Shown piece by piece: positions 50,665 to 60,058 of a stretch of DNA of 61,699 nucleotides. Both the position numbers and the translations under genes were made by a program. Source of the stretch: a virus (Duplodnaviria > Caudoviricetes); IMG/VR virus record IMGVR_UViG_3300020141_000500, positions 1 through 61,699 of that record, one strand, 5' to 3'. The notes beneath the pieces are model-generated. The model searched no databases and was not told where the DNA came from. It saw nothing but the letters and a program-made list of their open reading frames with translations. The first letter of the stretch is position 1, and every line of letters begins with the position of its first letter.

Positions 50665-50727
50665 AATTTAATAAAAATAAAATACTTGACCCAAAAAAAC
50701 GGAAGTTTTGCTAGATTGAAATAAAAT

Positions 50728-50763
50728 ACTTGACATTGAGTAAAACTTTAAATATATACACTG
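50728..50763 (+). promoter_or_regulatory. 36-bp repeat copy 1 containing TTGACA-17-TATATA
   Basis: 35/36 identical to 52846..52881. Confidence 0.7.
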
Positions 50764-50789
50764 GGAAATCAAGTAAAAATGAAAATATT

Positions 50790-51419
50790 ATGGCAAACGG
50801 AATATACAGAATAACAGAAGAGTTTGAAGAAAAATTAGCAAAATACACAGGAGCACAATACGCTGTCACACTTGACAACGCTAGTAATGCCTTGTTTTTA
50901 TCGTTATATTACGAAAATATTAAAGGTTCTACTATAACCATACCCACCAGAACATACCCAAGTGTTCCATGCGAAATCATACATGCTGGCGGCAAGGTTG
51001 CATTTGAACCAGTTGAAGGTGGAACTATAAAGGGTGCATATCAATTGAAACCAACCAGAACATGGGATAGTGCATTAAGATTTACATCAAATATGTATAT
51101 TCCAAATACATTTATGTGTATTTCATTCACTGGGCCATATAAGCACTTCAAATTAAGTAAGGGTGGAGCTATTCTTACGGACGATCTTAAAGCATATCAT
51201 TGGTTCAAGCGTGCAAGATATAGCGGAAGACGTGAGTGTTCATATCACGACGACAATCTGGACATGCTTGGGTGGAACTTTTATATGATGCCGGAATTGG
51301 CCGCACGTGGTGTTCTTCTCATGAATCAATTTTATAATATGGATGGTACGCCAAAACAAAATGATGATTTGGAAATGCCATATCCGGACTTGTCAAAATT
51401 TGAAATATATAAACAATGA
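50790..51419 (+). CDS. short DegT/DnrJ/EryC1/StrS-family PLP-dependent sugar aminotransferase
   Basis: FEEKLAKYTGAQYAV...NALFLSL, WDSA, CISF...KH...GGAILTDD, GWNFYM. ATG at 50790. Confidence 0.75.
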   Translation: MANGIYRITEEFEEKLAKYTGAQYAVTLDNASNALFLSLYYENIKGSTITIPTRTYPSVPCEIIHAGGKVAFEPVEGGTIKGAYQLKPTRTWDSALRFTSNMYIPNTFMCISFTGPYKHFKLSKGGAILTDDLKAYHWFKRARYSGRRECSYHDDNLDMLGWNFYMMPELAARGVLLMNQFYNMDGTPKQNDDLEMPYPDLSKFEIYKQ

Positions 51420-51967
51420 TTCGAGGATTTTCAAATTACACAAGAGAGGAACTGATAAACTCACTTCTTTCTATCGGAGAAAACGTCTATATTTCAGACG
51501 ACGTTATATTACACAATCCACAAAACATAATTATTGGAAATAATGTTAGAATAGATTCTCAGTGTATATTGATTACAGGTAAAAATACTAAAATAAAAAT
51601 TGGAAACGACGTACATATTTCTGCCGGATGTTATTATTATGGAAATTCTGGAAATATCACACTCGAAGATTCTGTGTGTACGTCGGCTCGGTGTACATTA
51701 TATACCGCAAATGATGATTACACCGAAGGATATATGGCAAACTCTATGGCACCCAAAGAGTACAAGAAAGTAACCACCGGCGATATATTACTAAAAAAAT
51801 ATAGTCTCGTGGGATGTTATACTGTGATATTGCCAAATGTAACACTCGAACATGCCACGTCGGTTGGTGCTCACTCACTGGTAACAAAATCAACTATTCC
51901 ATTTGATATTATAGCAGGCGTTCCTGCGAAATTTATAAAGAAGAGAAAAAACGTATATCTAAATTAA
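51416..51967 (+). CDS. hexapeptide-repeat (left-handed beta-helix) sugar acyltransferase
   Basis: IGENVYIS, IGNNVRID, IGNDVHIS and AGVPAKFIK motifs. Confidence 0.85.
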   Translation: MIRGFSNYTREELINSLLSIGENVYISDDVILHNPQNIIIGNNVRIDSQCILITGKNTKIKIGNDVHISAGCYYYGNSGNITLEDSVCTSARCTLYTANDDYTEGYMANSMAPKEYKKVTTGDILLKKYSLVGCYTVILPNVTLEHATSVGAHSLVTKSTIPFDIIAGVPAKFIKKRKNVYLN

Positions 51968-51968
51968 T

Positions 51969-52925
51969 ATGAAAAAATGCGCAATTATACCATGTTTTAT
52001 AAGTAATCAATATCGGCGAGATTTGATAATCAGTCAGACTAAATTCTTCAACGATCTAAATATAGACGTAGTGTTGGTGTCATCGAATCATATAGAAAAA
52101 ATTGAAGGTGTTAAAAATTATATTACCATAAACCACGTGATTAATAAAAAGTATTTATCGGAGGGAATTTTTCCATATTGCTGTATTGATGGAATTAAAT
52201 ACTATTCGGGCACTGCTTATAGTAATATTTCCGCGTCAAACTTTTTCGTAAAATTATTTCAAGCTTCTTTTAATTATTGTAAAAATTTGGGTTATGATTT
52301 TTGTTATGTTCTTGATTTTGATAATATAATAAAAGAAAGCCACGTTGATGTCGCATTTGGCAAAAATTTAGACTATTCAAAAATTTATTTTTATGATTTG
52401 CAAAAATCAAATGAATATCAAGGTGCATTTTTTTATGGCAATTTGAATGTGTTGGTTGATATTTTTTCGGAAAAAAATCTAAACTATATAGAAAAATTAG
52501 CAACTGAAAAAAAGGTAATAACCAATGAACAAGTATTATTTGAAATATCGCAATATTATAATAAATTTATAATAGTATTAAAACATAAAGACTTTGAAAT
52601 ATTTTCAACGAGAAACATGTTTTCCAGTAGAAATGTTGCGGATATATTTTACGATGGAGAACGCAAAGAATATTGGTTTTTACAATATAAAGGAGATACC
52701 TGTGAAAACGAGTTTGCGTGTGAATTATTTTTGGACGATGTTCTTATATATTCCAACCACTTCAAACACACTAGATATTGGAGCTTGCGTAAATTGGAAA
52801 ATAATAAAAATTATAAAATAAAATATTATGACGCCGCGATATCTGACTTGACATTGAGTAAAACTATAAATATATACACTGATACAAGTACGGTTACTAC
52901 ATCAAACTGGATACAAAGAACTTAA
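51969..52925 (+). CDS. hypothetical protein, possibly glycosyltransferase-like
   Basis: GYDFCYVLDFD DxD-like motif; cluster context. Confidence 0.5.
   Translation: MKKCAIIPCFISNQYRRDLIISQTKFFNDLNIDVVLVSSNHIEKIEGVKNYITINHVINKKYLSEGIFPYCCIDGIKYYSGTAYSNISASNFFVKLFQASFNYCKNLGYDFCYVLDFDNIIKESHVDVAFGKNLDYSKIYFYDLQKSNEYQGAFFYGNLNVLVDIFSEKNLNYIEKLATEKKVITNEQVLFEISQYYNKFIIVLKHKDFEIFSTRNMFSSRNVADIFYDGERKEYWFLQYKGDTCENEFACELFLDDVLIYSNHFKHTRYWSLRKLENNKNYKIKYYDAAISDLTLSKTINIYTDTSTVTTSNWIQRT
52846..52881 (+). repeat. 36-bp repeat copy 2 (promoter-like, inside the 3' end of 51969..52925)
   Basis: acttgacattgagtaaaactataaatatatacactg. Confidence 0.8.
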
Positions 52926-52926
52926 A

Positions 52927-55062
52927 ATGAAAATAATCAATATCACGCCGGGACTTATATCAATTCCACCAAATGGGTGGGGTGCAATCGAAAAAATTAT
53001 TTGGGATTATCATCTTGAATTGAACAAGCTGAACATCCGTAATGAGATAAAATATCTCAATGATGTTAAATATGACGAAAGTATGGTTGTGCATGTACAC
53101 GTGGCTAATCTCGCCAATATGCTTCATGAACGCGGTGTTCCATACATCTTTAGCATTCATGATCATCATGCTTTTTTGTATGGTAAAGATTCTCATGTAT
53201 ATAAAGAAAATTTGAAAGCAATTGAAAATAGTGTGTTTTCTTTGTCACCATGTAAGTTTTTGATACCATATTTTGGAAGCAAAAAGTTGAGATATGTATC
53301 TCACGCCGTCAATACAGATGTATTTGCCTACAAAGCAAGAGAAATGAGCAGCAATCCAAAGTTGTTGTGCGTAGCCAACAATGGATATGCTAATGACCAA
53401 AACAAAGACCGTAAAGGGTTTGCTATTGCAATTCAAGCGGCTAAACAGTTGGGACTACCGCTTACGATTGCCGGTCCACGCAACAATGATAACTTCTTCA
53501 AAACACTTGATCCTGAACTCAACAACTATGAACAACTAACCAAGATATATGACTTGGATGAAAAGTCTCTCATTGAGTTGTATAACAGCCATGATATATT
53601 TTTACATTTCTCTGAACTAGAAGCCGGTCATCCAAATCTTACATTGTTGGAAGCAATGGCATGTGGTTTGCCCGTGGTTGGTACGTTTGAAGAACAAAAA
53701 TATAAAGGTATGGTTGTTACTTCGCGTGATATATCTGAAGCAATTCGTGGTATTGAAGATGTGAGATTAAATTATAAAGCATACAAAAATGCCGCGTTGG
53801 AAAATGCCAAAGAAAATTCATACAGCAACAGAGTACATGATTTGGCCAAACTATACAGCGAATATCGTGAATGTATTTTTGGTAATCAATTGATTGATAG
53901 TTACAAAAACACAGATGTGGTATACAAAGAGCCAAAGAAACCAGAAAACAAAATTAAAATAACTTTCGATGATGGTGCCAAGGTGGATATACCCGGCCCA
54001 GTTGACAAGAGTTATAAGATCAAGTTTATTGATTTTCACACAGGTCATGTTGTGTATGAAACCAAACTTAAAAATAACATGTGGGCATCAACTTCCACAA
54101 AGTATTTCAACAAGTGGGTGGTTGAGGTATATGACATATCAGATGGTTATGATGTATTGGTAGAAAAACACACATTTGATCCAAAAAACAAAAAAGTTAA
54201 AGTTGTGTTAGACAGCGAAAGCCTTGGGGATTTGTTGGCATGGATTGGTGCCGTCGATGAGTTTCAAAAGAAACATCAATGTATAATGGAATGTGCAGTG
54301 TTTAATAAAGTACTTCGTCCAATGTTTGAGAAGAATTATCCAAATATAAAATTCTTGGCTGTGGATGTGTATACAGATCCATATTATGCTAAATACAAGA
54401 TTGGCTGTTTTGATGGAGAAAATAGCAAGAATCATATTCCAACCGACCCAAGATTGCTCAATCTATGTTCTATTGCCACAACCATACTGGGTTTGACCAA
54501 CATAGAATACAAACCAAAGATTACTTTTGATGCCAATAAGTATAAAAATGTAAAGAAGAAGTATGTGTGTATTGCTACTCAAAGTACTTGTCAAGCAAAG
54601 TATTGGAACAACAAAACTGGATGGAAGACCGTGGTGGATTATCTAAAACGCAATGGATATGAAGTATGGTGTATTGACCGACACAATAGTTTTGGCGTAG
54701 ACAAAAGTATGAATTATATGCCAGAAGGTTGTGTAGATAAAACCGGCGACTTTACACTGGACGAACGCATGGCTCAAATAGCAGGAGCACAGTTCTTTAT
54801 TGGACTAAGTTCCGGTTTGAGTTGGTTGGCATGGGCCGTAGGCAAGCCCGTGGTGTTGATCAGTGGATTTACCAAGAGTCTGTGCGAGTTCCATACTGAA
54901 TATAGAGTGATCAATGAAAATGTGTGTAATGGCTGTTGGAACGATGTGTCCTGCAAGTTTAGTCGCAATGATTGGTTTTGGTGCCCAAGGAACAAAAACT
55001 TCGAATGTTCCAAGGAAATATCAGCCGACATGGTATTGAAACAAGTCAAAAAATTGATATAA
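52927..55062 (+). CDS. GT4-like glycosyltransferase fused to Aah/TibC-type autotransporter O-heptosyltransferase domain
   Basis: IPPNGWGAIE and LLEAMACGLPV; SLGD, YVCIATQSTCQAKYWNN, FFIGLSSGLSWLAW, CNGCWND...WCPR...FECSK. Confidence 0.85.
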   Translation: MKIINITPGLISIPPNGWGAIEKIIWDYHLELNKLNIRNEIKYLNDVKYDESMVVHVHVANLANMLHERGVPYIFSIHDHHAFLYGKDSHVYKENLKAIENSVFSLSPCKFLIPYFGSKKLRYVSHAVNTDVFAYKAREMSSNPKLLCVANNGYANDQNKDRKGFAIAIQAAKQLGLPLTIAGPRNNDNFFKTLDPELNNYEQLTKIYDLDEKSLIELYNSHDIFLHFSELEAGHPNLTLLEAMACGLPVVGTFEEQKYKGMVVTSRDISEAIRGIEDVRLNYKAYKNAALENAKENSYSNRVHDLAKLYSEYRECIFGNQLIDSYKNTDVVYKEPKKPENKIKITFDDGAKVDIPGPVDKSYKIKFIDFHTGHVVYETKLKNNMWASTSTKYFNKWVVEVYDISDGYDVLVEKHTFDPKNKKVKVVLDSESLGDLLAWIGAVDEFQKKHQCIMECAVFNKVLRPMFEKNYPNIKFLAVDVYTDPYYAKYKIGCFDGENSKNHIPTDPRLLNLCSIATTILGLTNIEYKPKITFDANKYKNVKKKYVCIATQSTCQAKYWNNKTGWKTVVDYLKRNGYEVWCIDRHNSFGVDKSMNYMPEGCVDKTGDFTLDERMAQIAGAQFFIGLSSGLSWLAWAVGKPVVLISGFTKSLCEFHTEYRVINENVCNGCWNDVSCKFSRNDWFWCPRNKNFECSKEISADMVLKQVKKLI

Positions 55063-55088
55063 TAACGCAGTTATATATACTTATAAGC

Positions 55089-58000
55089 ATGGACATTTCT
55101 ATAAAGAACCTAAAAAAGTATATTTTTGAACCAAAAACAGAGTCTCTGCGTCTAAAAAGGGCCAATGAAATACTAAGTCAGAACATGGTCATCACCGAAA
55201 AGGTGGATGGAACAAAACTTACATTGGTACGTACACAGCAAGTTGATAAAGTAGATTATACCAAAAATTGGGTTGTGGCATATAAAGGAACTGTGTTATA
55301 TGCCAAAGAGTTTGCTCATTTGGGTGATAAAGAAAAGGGTGATATATCCCAATCTTCTGTTGGTATTGGTCAATATTCCATGATATTTGATCATTTGGCC
55401 AAGATAAACAATAAGATTAACAGCATTCCAAAGAGCACTGAGTTTAGTGTTGAGTTTGCTCAAAACAAAGACACATTGACTCGTACATATGTCAACAAGG
55501 GTGGCTTGTTCTTGAGAAGTTATGGTGAAGTGCAGTATCGTGTAGTTGGCGGAGATTTGCACACCATTCCAAAACAAGAAATAACAGATTACAAATCTGT
55601 GAATAAGATGGCAGAATTGTTGGAAATATCATCATTTCCCATATTCTTTCAAGGAAAACTCAGCAAGGAAAATCTGCTAAAGAATCCTTTGTTTGGATCA
55701 AAACTAACAAATGTTGATTGGTCCAATCCGACTGATGTTGTGACAAAATTTTCGGAGGCTATTCTGGCTGTTCCATCTACATTGGGTGGCACAACAGAGG
55801 GTGTGGTAATGAAGCTTGATAATGGAGAGTTCTTCAAGTTGGTGCAAGCCGATCAATATGATGCTGGAGTTCGTGGTGCAAAGAAGGACGCATATAAACT
55901 TGAACCAGAAGCCGCTTCAGCATACTTTCAACAAATCAGAGCATTGATTCAAAATATCTTTGCTGCGATTGGCACTGAAGGAAAATCCGAAGAAGATGTT
56001 ATTTCAGATTCTAATTTTTATATTGCCAAAAACGGTGCCAAGTTAAAGAAGTTCTTTGATGCTCTGCAAAAGATTGCTGGTGATAAAAAGAATATTGTTC
56101 AAATCAAAGATGACATTCACGACACTATTCGTTTGATGACATCAAAACAAGGTTTGCTTGGTTCAACGGGAAAAACTCTTGCTCTTATTCCAATTGCTGG
56201 CAAGCCGCTACACATTGGTCACTGGAAGCTTATTGAAAAAGCAGCCAATGAAAATGATAGAGTGATTGTTTATACATCATCTTCTGACAGAATAAAGAAG
56301 GGCGAGTTTCCTATAAAGGGAGATGACTTTGTGAAACTATGGAGTGATGTGTTTATTCCATCTTTACCAAATAATGTAAAAGTAAAGTTTGTTGATTCTC
56401 CAGTTCGCGCTGTTATGCATGAACTTGGATGGTTGGAACAAAGATTGACTCAAGACGCCGCAGATATGCCAACCATAAATTTGTATTCTGATAAAGACGA
56501 CGTTGAAACAAACTTTAAAGACGAAGATTTAAAAAAGTATCCAGAGTTGTTGGCGGCTAATAAAATTAAAAAAGTTGGTGTAGAAAGAACTGCTACTGTC
56601 AATGTCAGCGGAACCAAGATGCGTGAATTTTTGATGAACAATGATAAAGAATCATTCTTGAAAAATCTTCCACCGGTCAGCAACAAAGACAAAGAAGAAA
56701 TTTGGAATACTCTCATAGCAAACAAGCCAGAACCAGTATCAGAAGTTAATCCATATGCTGCTTTGGCAGAAGAATTGATACAAGCAGAAACAGAGTTGTT
56801 TCGTGAAGGTGGTTGGAGATCTACTGCTACACAATCAACTATTATAACTCCAAAGAAAGTGTCAAATATTTTGAGTACAATGAACAAGTTTGTATCAGAA
56901 TTCAATGCATATTCAAATCTTCCTCCTATAGAATCCAATGGTCCGGTAGGTTCAGCGATGTATTATAAACAAGATTTGGAAAAAGATGATGTAGAATATG
57001 GTGATATAGATATTCAAATTATATTGCCAGAAGAAAGCAATGATAGAACATCACAACTAGCATCCAATAAAAAATATTCAGACAAGATTATCCAGTTTAT
57101 TCAAGAAAAAAAACCGAGCTATATATATCCAAACTTTCAAGATAAAGACTTTGGCACAGGATATTTAATATTCAACGTTGGTGGTGAAAACATCCAAGTT
57201 GATTTGGTTTTGTCATATAAAGTATCATCAGAATGGACAAAAATTAGAACAACTCCAGAAAAAGGACTAAAAGGATTTGTTACTGGAAATCTATTGAGTG
57301 CATTGTCCGATGCTCTTAATGTTGTGCTGGGATCAAACACCAATCCATATATAAATACGATAGATGGTAAGGTTGCGTCATCTCTGATTAAAACAAACGC
57401 AAAGCCTGTGTTCTTTAGTCCAAATCAAGTATTTTTGGATATATTGAAGTTCTATGGCAATCTTGCAGGTGTTTCAAAAGTAAATTCATCAGTATTACAG
57501 GGTTATTATGGATTGGATGCAAACGATCCATCATTAAAGAAAAAATGCGAAACCGTGGTTGCTTTGAGTAAAGCACTTGATAATAACAGAGCATTTGATA
57601 AAGGAGTTGTTGTATCAAAGAATGGAACGGCATTTAAATCCAGAGAAGAATTTGTAAAATATGTATTAGATACATTCATAAAAAATATGAAATCGGCAGG
57701 CACTGCAAAAAAATTAGAAAAAGCAGAAACACCAGAAGCTATGAAAAATATTGAAAAGATAAAACGTGACGCAAATCTTGGTATAGAATTGGCAAAGCAA
57801 CTAATCAGAGAAGAAATTGCATTATTGACCGAGTCTGGTCAATCTGTTGCAATGGCATTCGATAAAAAAACAGAGACTGTCATTGGCCCAAAGACTGTCA
57901 ATGGTCAACCAGCCCAAGCCACCACAAAACTCAGGATTGTTGATCCACAAGGCAAAGACATTCGTTCTGCTGTATCTGGTGATGTGAAGGAACTTATATA

Positions 58001-59024
58001 TGCACTAAATAGTAAGGTAGGTTTTTGGAAAAAGAACAATCCATATATTGAAAATGGGTTTGTGTTCAACGGCAGTTCTCAATATCTAATGAACGGTGAT
58101 GCAAAATATAAAGATTTAGCTAAATACAAATCTGGATTTGGTGACATTGATGTGATCGTGCCAAAAGAAAAGTTGGACACAATGGAAGCATACTTGGATA
58201 ACATTGATGATAGAAAAGTGGAATGGACGCCAACACCAGAAAATAAAGTTAGTAAAAATTTTTATTATGTTGGTCGTACAAAAAATCAACGTGCTTTGGC
58301 CGGTCAAACAGTCACATTGTGGTATTATGCTCCAGTAAAACAAGTAGTACAAATTGACTTTGAAGGAGATGAAATGACACTTGATCCACAGGGATTTGAA
58401 AAACCATCTGAATGGAACAAGTTTATCAAAGATTCTCCATGGCAAGATTTGACCATAGGAATCAAAGGATTGGCAGGAGCTATTTTGTTGCGTGGTCTGA
58501 CACGAGCAGCAACCGCAATACCAAATGCTGTGTATGTCACCAACTCAACTGCACTCAAGATACAATCCGGTGAGTTGAAGAGTTTGGTTAATACCAAGGG
58601 CAAGAGCATGGTTTCTACAAACGCTATTCACTCACTGCTTTCGCAATATACATTGAATACAAGCGGTTCTGGTCATGCTGGTGTTCGCAAGGCATACCGC
58701 CTTGTTGCTAAGAACATGGATCATGAAGGTAAGAAAGTTGATGTTTATACCGACATTGCTGCCAGCGAAAGCAAACCAGAAGATCGTATCAACAGCGTAA
58801 ATAAAGTATTTGAACTAATTTTTAAACGCAAGCCAAGTAGTCAAGATGTTGAAAACTTCAGAAGTTATGTTGGATTGCTGACACTCATGAAGACTCTACC
58901 AAAAGATGTTCAAGTCAACGCGTTGGAAAAAGCCAAGGACGGTTTGACTCAAGCAGGTTTGGAACCGGCAGAATATGCTCCAATTCAAAAAGCAGCCAAA
59001 ACGATTTTGGGAATATCCATATAA
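55089..59024 (+). CDS. 1311-aa multidomain protein: ligase-type adenylyltransferase, HIGH-family nucleotidyltransferase, two Pol-beta-like nucleotidyltransferases
   Basis: TEKVDGT/EGVV/FK; KPLHIGH...SGTKMR; VGS...GDID...QVDL; NGSS...GDID...QIDF. ATG at 55089 after ATACTTATA. Confidence 0.75.
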   Translation: MDISIKNLKKYIFEPKTESLRLKRANEILSQNMVITEKVDGTKLTLVRTQQVDKVDYTKNWVVAYKGTVLYAKEFAHLGDKEKGDISQSSVGIGQYSMIFDHLAKINNKINSIPKSTEFSVEFAQNKDTLTRTYVNKGGLFLRSYGEVQYRVVGGDLHTIPKQEITDYKSVNKMAELLEISSFPIFFQGKLSKENLLKNPLFGSKLTNVDWSNPTDVVTKFSEAILAVPSTLGGTTEGVVMKLDNGEFFKLVQADQYDAGVRGAKKDAYKLEPEAASAYFQQIRALIQNIFAAIGTEGKSEEDVISDSNFYIAKNGAKLKKFFDALQKIAGDKKNIVQIKDDIHDTIRLMTSKQGLLGSTGKTLALIPIAGKPLHIGHWKLIEKAANENDRVIVYTSSSDRIKKGEFPIKGDDFVKLWSDVFIPSLPNNVKVKFVDSPVRAVMHELGWLEQRLTQDAADMPTINLYSDKDDVETNFKDEDLKKYPELLAANKIKKVGVERTATVNVSGTKMREFLMNNDKESFLKNLPPVSNKDKEEIWNTLIANKPEPVSEVNPYAALAEELIQAETELFREGGWRSTATQSTIITPKKVSNILSTMNKFVSEFNAYSNLPPIESNGPVGSAMYYKQDLEKDDVEYGDIDIQIILPEESNDRTSQLASNKKYSDKIIQFIQEKKPSYIYPNFQDKDFGTGYLIFNVGGENIQVDLVLSYKVSSEWTKIRTTPEKGLKGFVTGNLLSALSDALNVVLGSNTNPYINTIDGKVASSLIKTNAKPVFFSPNQVFLDILKFYGNLAGVSKVNSSVLQGYYGLDANDPSLKKKCETVVALSKALDNNRAFDKGVVVSKNGTAFKSREEFVKYVLDTFIKNMKSAGTAKKLEKAETPEAMKNIEKIKRDANLGIELAKQLIREEIALLTESGQSVAMAFDKKTETVIGPKTVNGQPAQATTKLRIVDPQGKDIRSAVSGDVKELIYALNSKVGFWKKNNPYIENGFVFNGSSQYLMNGDAKYKDLAKYKSGFGDIDVIVPKEKLDTMEAYLDNIDDRKVEWTPTPENKVSKNFYYVGRTKNQRALAGQTVTLWYYAPVKQVVQIDFEGDEMTLDPQGFEKPSEWNKFIKDSPWQDLTIGIKGLAGAILLRGLTRAATAIPNAVYVTNSTALKIQSGELKSLVNTKGKSMVSTNAIHSLLSQYTLNTSGSGHAGVRKAYRLVAKNMDHEGKKVDVYTDIAASESKPEDRINSVNKVFELIFKRKPSSQDVENFRSYVGLLTLMKTLPKDVQVNALEKAKDGLTQAGLEPAEYAPIQKAAKTILGISI

Positions 59025-59085
59025 TAAATGTTCGCAAAGAATAAATGAAGCGAACATTCATATATATACAAAAGGTTATAACATT

Positions 59086-59706
59086 ATGAAAAACACGGAT
59101 ATAATTAAGTCATATTTGGCAGGAGAAAGACCCTATATAAAAGTAGGATATACTGGCGATAAGGATAAGTTTATCGTTCGCAAAACAGGTGAACGCTGGA
59201 CTGATAGTAGCGGAAAAGAATGGGAACAAAAAGAATATGGTCCGTCAGCAGTAACCAGAGTTTCGGACATCATTAGAATAGAAACCAACGATAAATGTAA
59301 ATGCTGTGGCACTGAGGTTCGTTGGGGATCAAAGATTGATCGCAAAATGCATCTCAAAACCGGTAAATGTTTTGATTGTTTGATTGAAGAAGAAACTCAA
59401 CTGCGTCTCAAAGGCAAGTTCAAGCTATACGAAACCAAGAAACTGTTGGAGAATGAATTATCTTACTTGAATGATATAAAGCAGAAACTCAAAGAAAGCA
59501 AAGAATATTTGGCATCAAATGATTCAAAAAAACTAACATATGTCAATTCCAATGGATTTGTTGAAGAATGGGATAACAATGTGCGTGCTGAACTGACCAC
59601 GAGTATAGAAAAAGATTGGAAAACTTGTTTGAAGAAAATCAAAGAAGGTCAAAAAGAGTTAAAGAAAATCAACAATGAAATTGACTCAGTTCTTGCACCA
59701 GTCTGA
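59086..59706 (+). CDS. hypothetical protein with CxxC...CxxC zinc finger and coiled coil
   Basis: CKCC...CFDC; ATG at 59086 preferred. Confidence 0.7.
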   Translation: MKNTDIIKSYLAGERPYIKVGYTGDKDKFIVRKTGERWTDSSGKEWEQKEYGPSAVTRVSDIIRIETNDKCKCCGTEVRWGSKIDRKMHLKTGKCFDCLIEEETQLRLKGKFKLYETKKLLENELSYLNDIKQKLKESKEYLASNDSKKLTYVNSNGFVEEWDNNVRAELTTSIEKDWKTCLKKIKEGQKELKKINNEIDSVLAPV

Positions 59707-60058
59707 TATAATCGAAGGATTGGCAATCAGAGTAAAGAACAAATACCCAGAAAAAGGTATGTGTGAGTTTATTGCGAAAGATTTGGTAAAAGAACTAAAA
59801 AGTCGTGGTATAAATGCTAAACATGTTGAAGGTAATTTCACATTGGACGAACCAGCAGCATATCAATTTATTAGTCCATTGGATGAAGTAAATGATGAAT
59901 ATACCATAGACCATGATTGGGTGGAAGTAGAAGGTGTGATTGTTGATGCATCAGCTTCTCAATTTAGAAAATATGTGTATGAACAAATACCAGACATTGT
60001 AATGGCAAATTATACACATCCGTTATATACCAAATACGAACCGCACAATTATGTCTAA
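59675..60058 (+). CDS. small transglutaminase/papain-like fold protein
   Basis: GMC...HDWVE...IVDAS..QF gives a Cys-His-Asp order. Confidence 0.5.
   Translation: MKLTQFLHQSDIIEGLAIRVKNKYPEKGMCEFIAKDLVKELKSRGINAKHVEGNFTLDEPAAYQFISPLDEVNDEYTIDHDWVEVEGVIVDASASQFRKYVYEQIPDIVMANYTHPLYTKYEPHNYV

Larger units (their letters stand above)
447..55085 (+). promoter_or_regulatory. dispersed ATA(T/C)TTAT(A) motif, putative late promoter
   Basis: Found just upstream of starts at 447, 689, 7842, 8196, 9423, 17461, 18252, 18982, 22558 (variant), 25509, 28365, 34679, 36523, 39727, 40663, 45568 and 55077. Confidence 0.65.

Noticed and set aside
54972-55088. Longer starts given by the ORF track (54972, 50730, 58975, 5017, 6645, 20569)
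   Set aside because: They overlap upstream genes or promoter boxes; downstream ATGs fit the context better.
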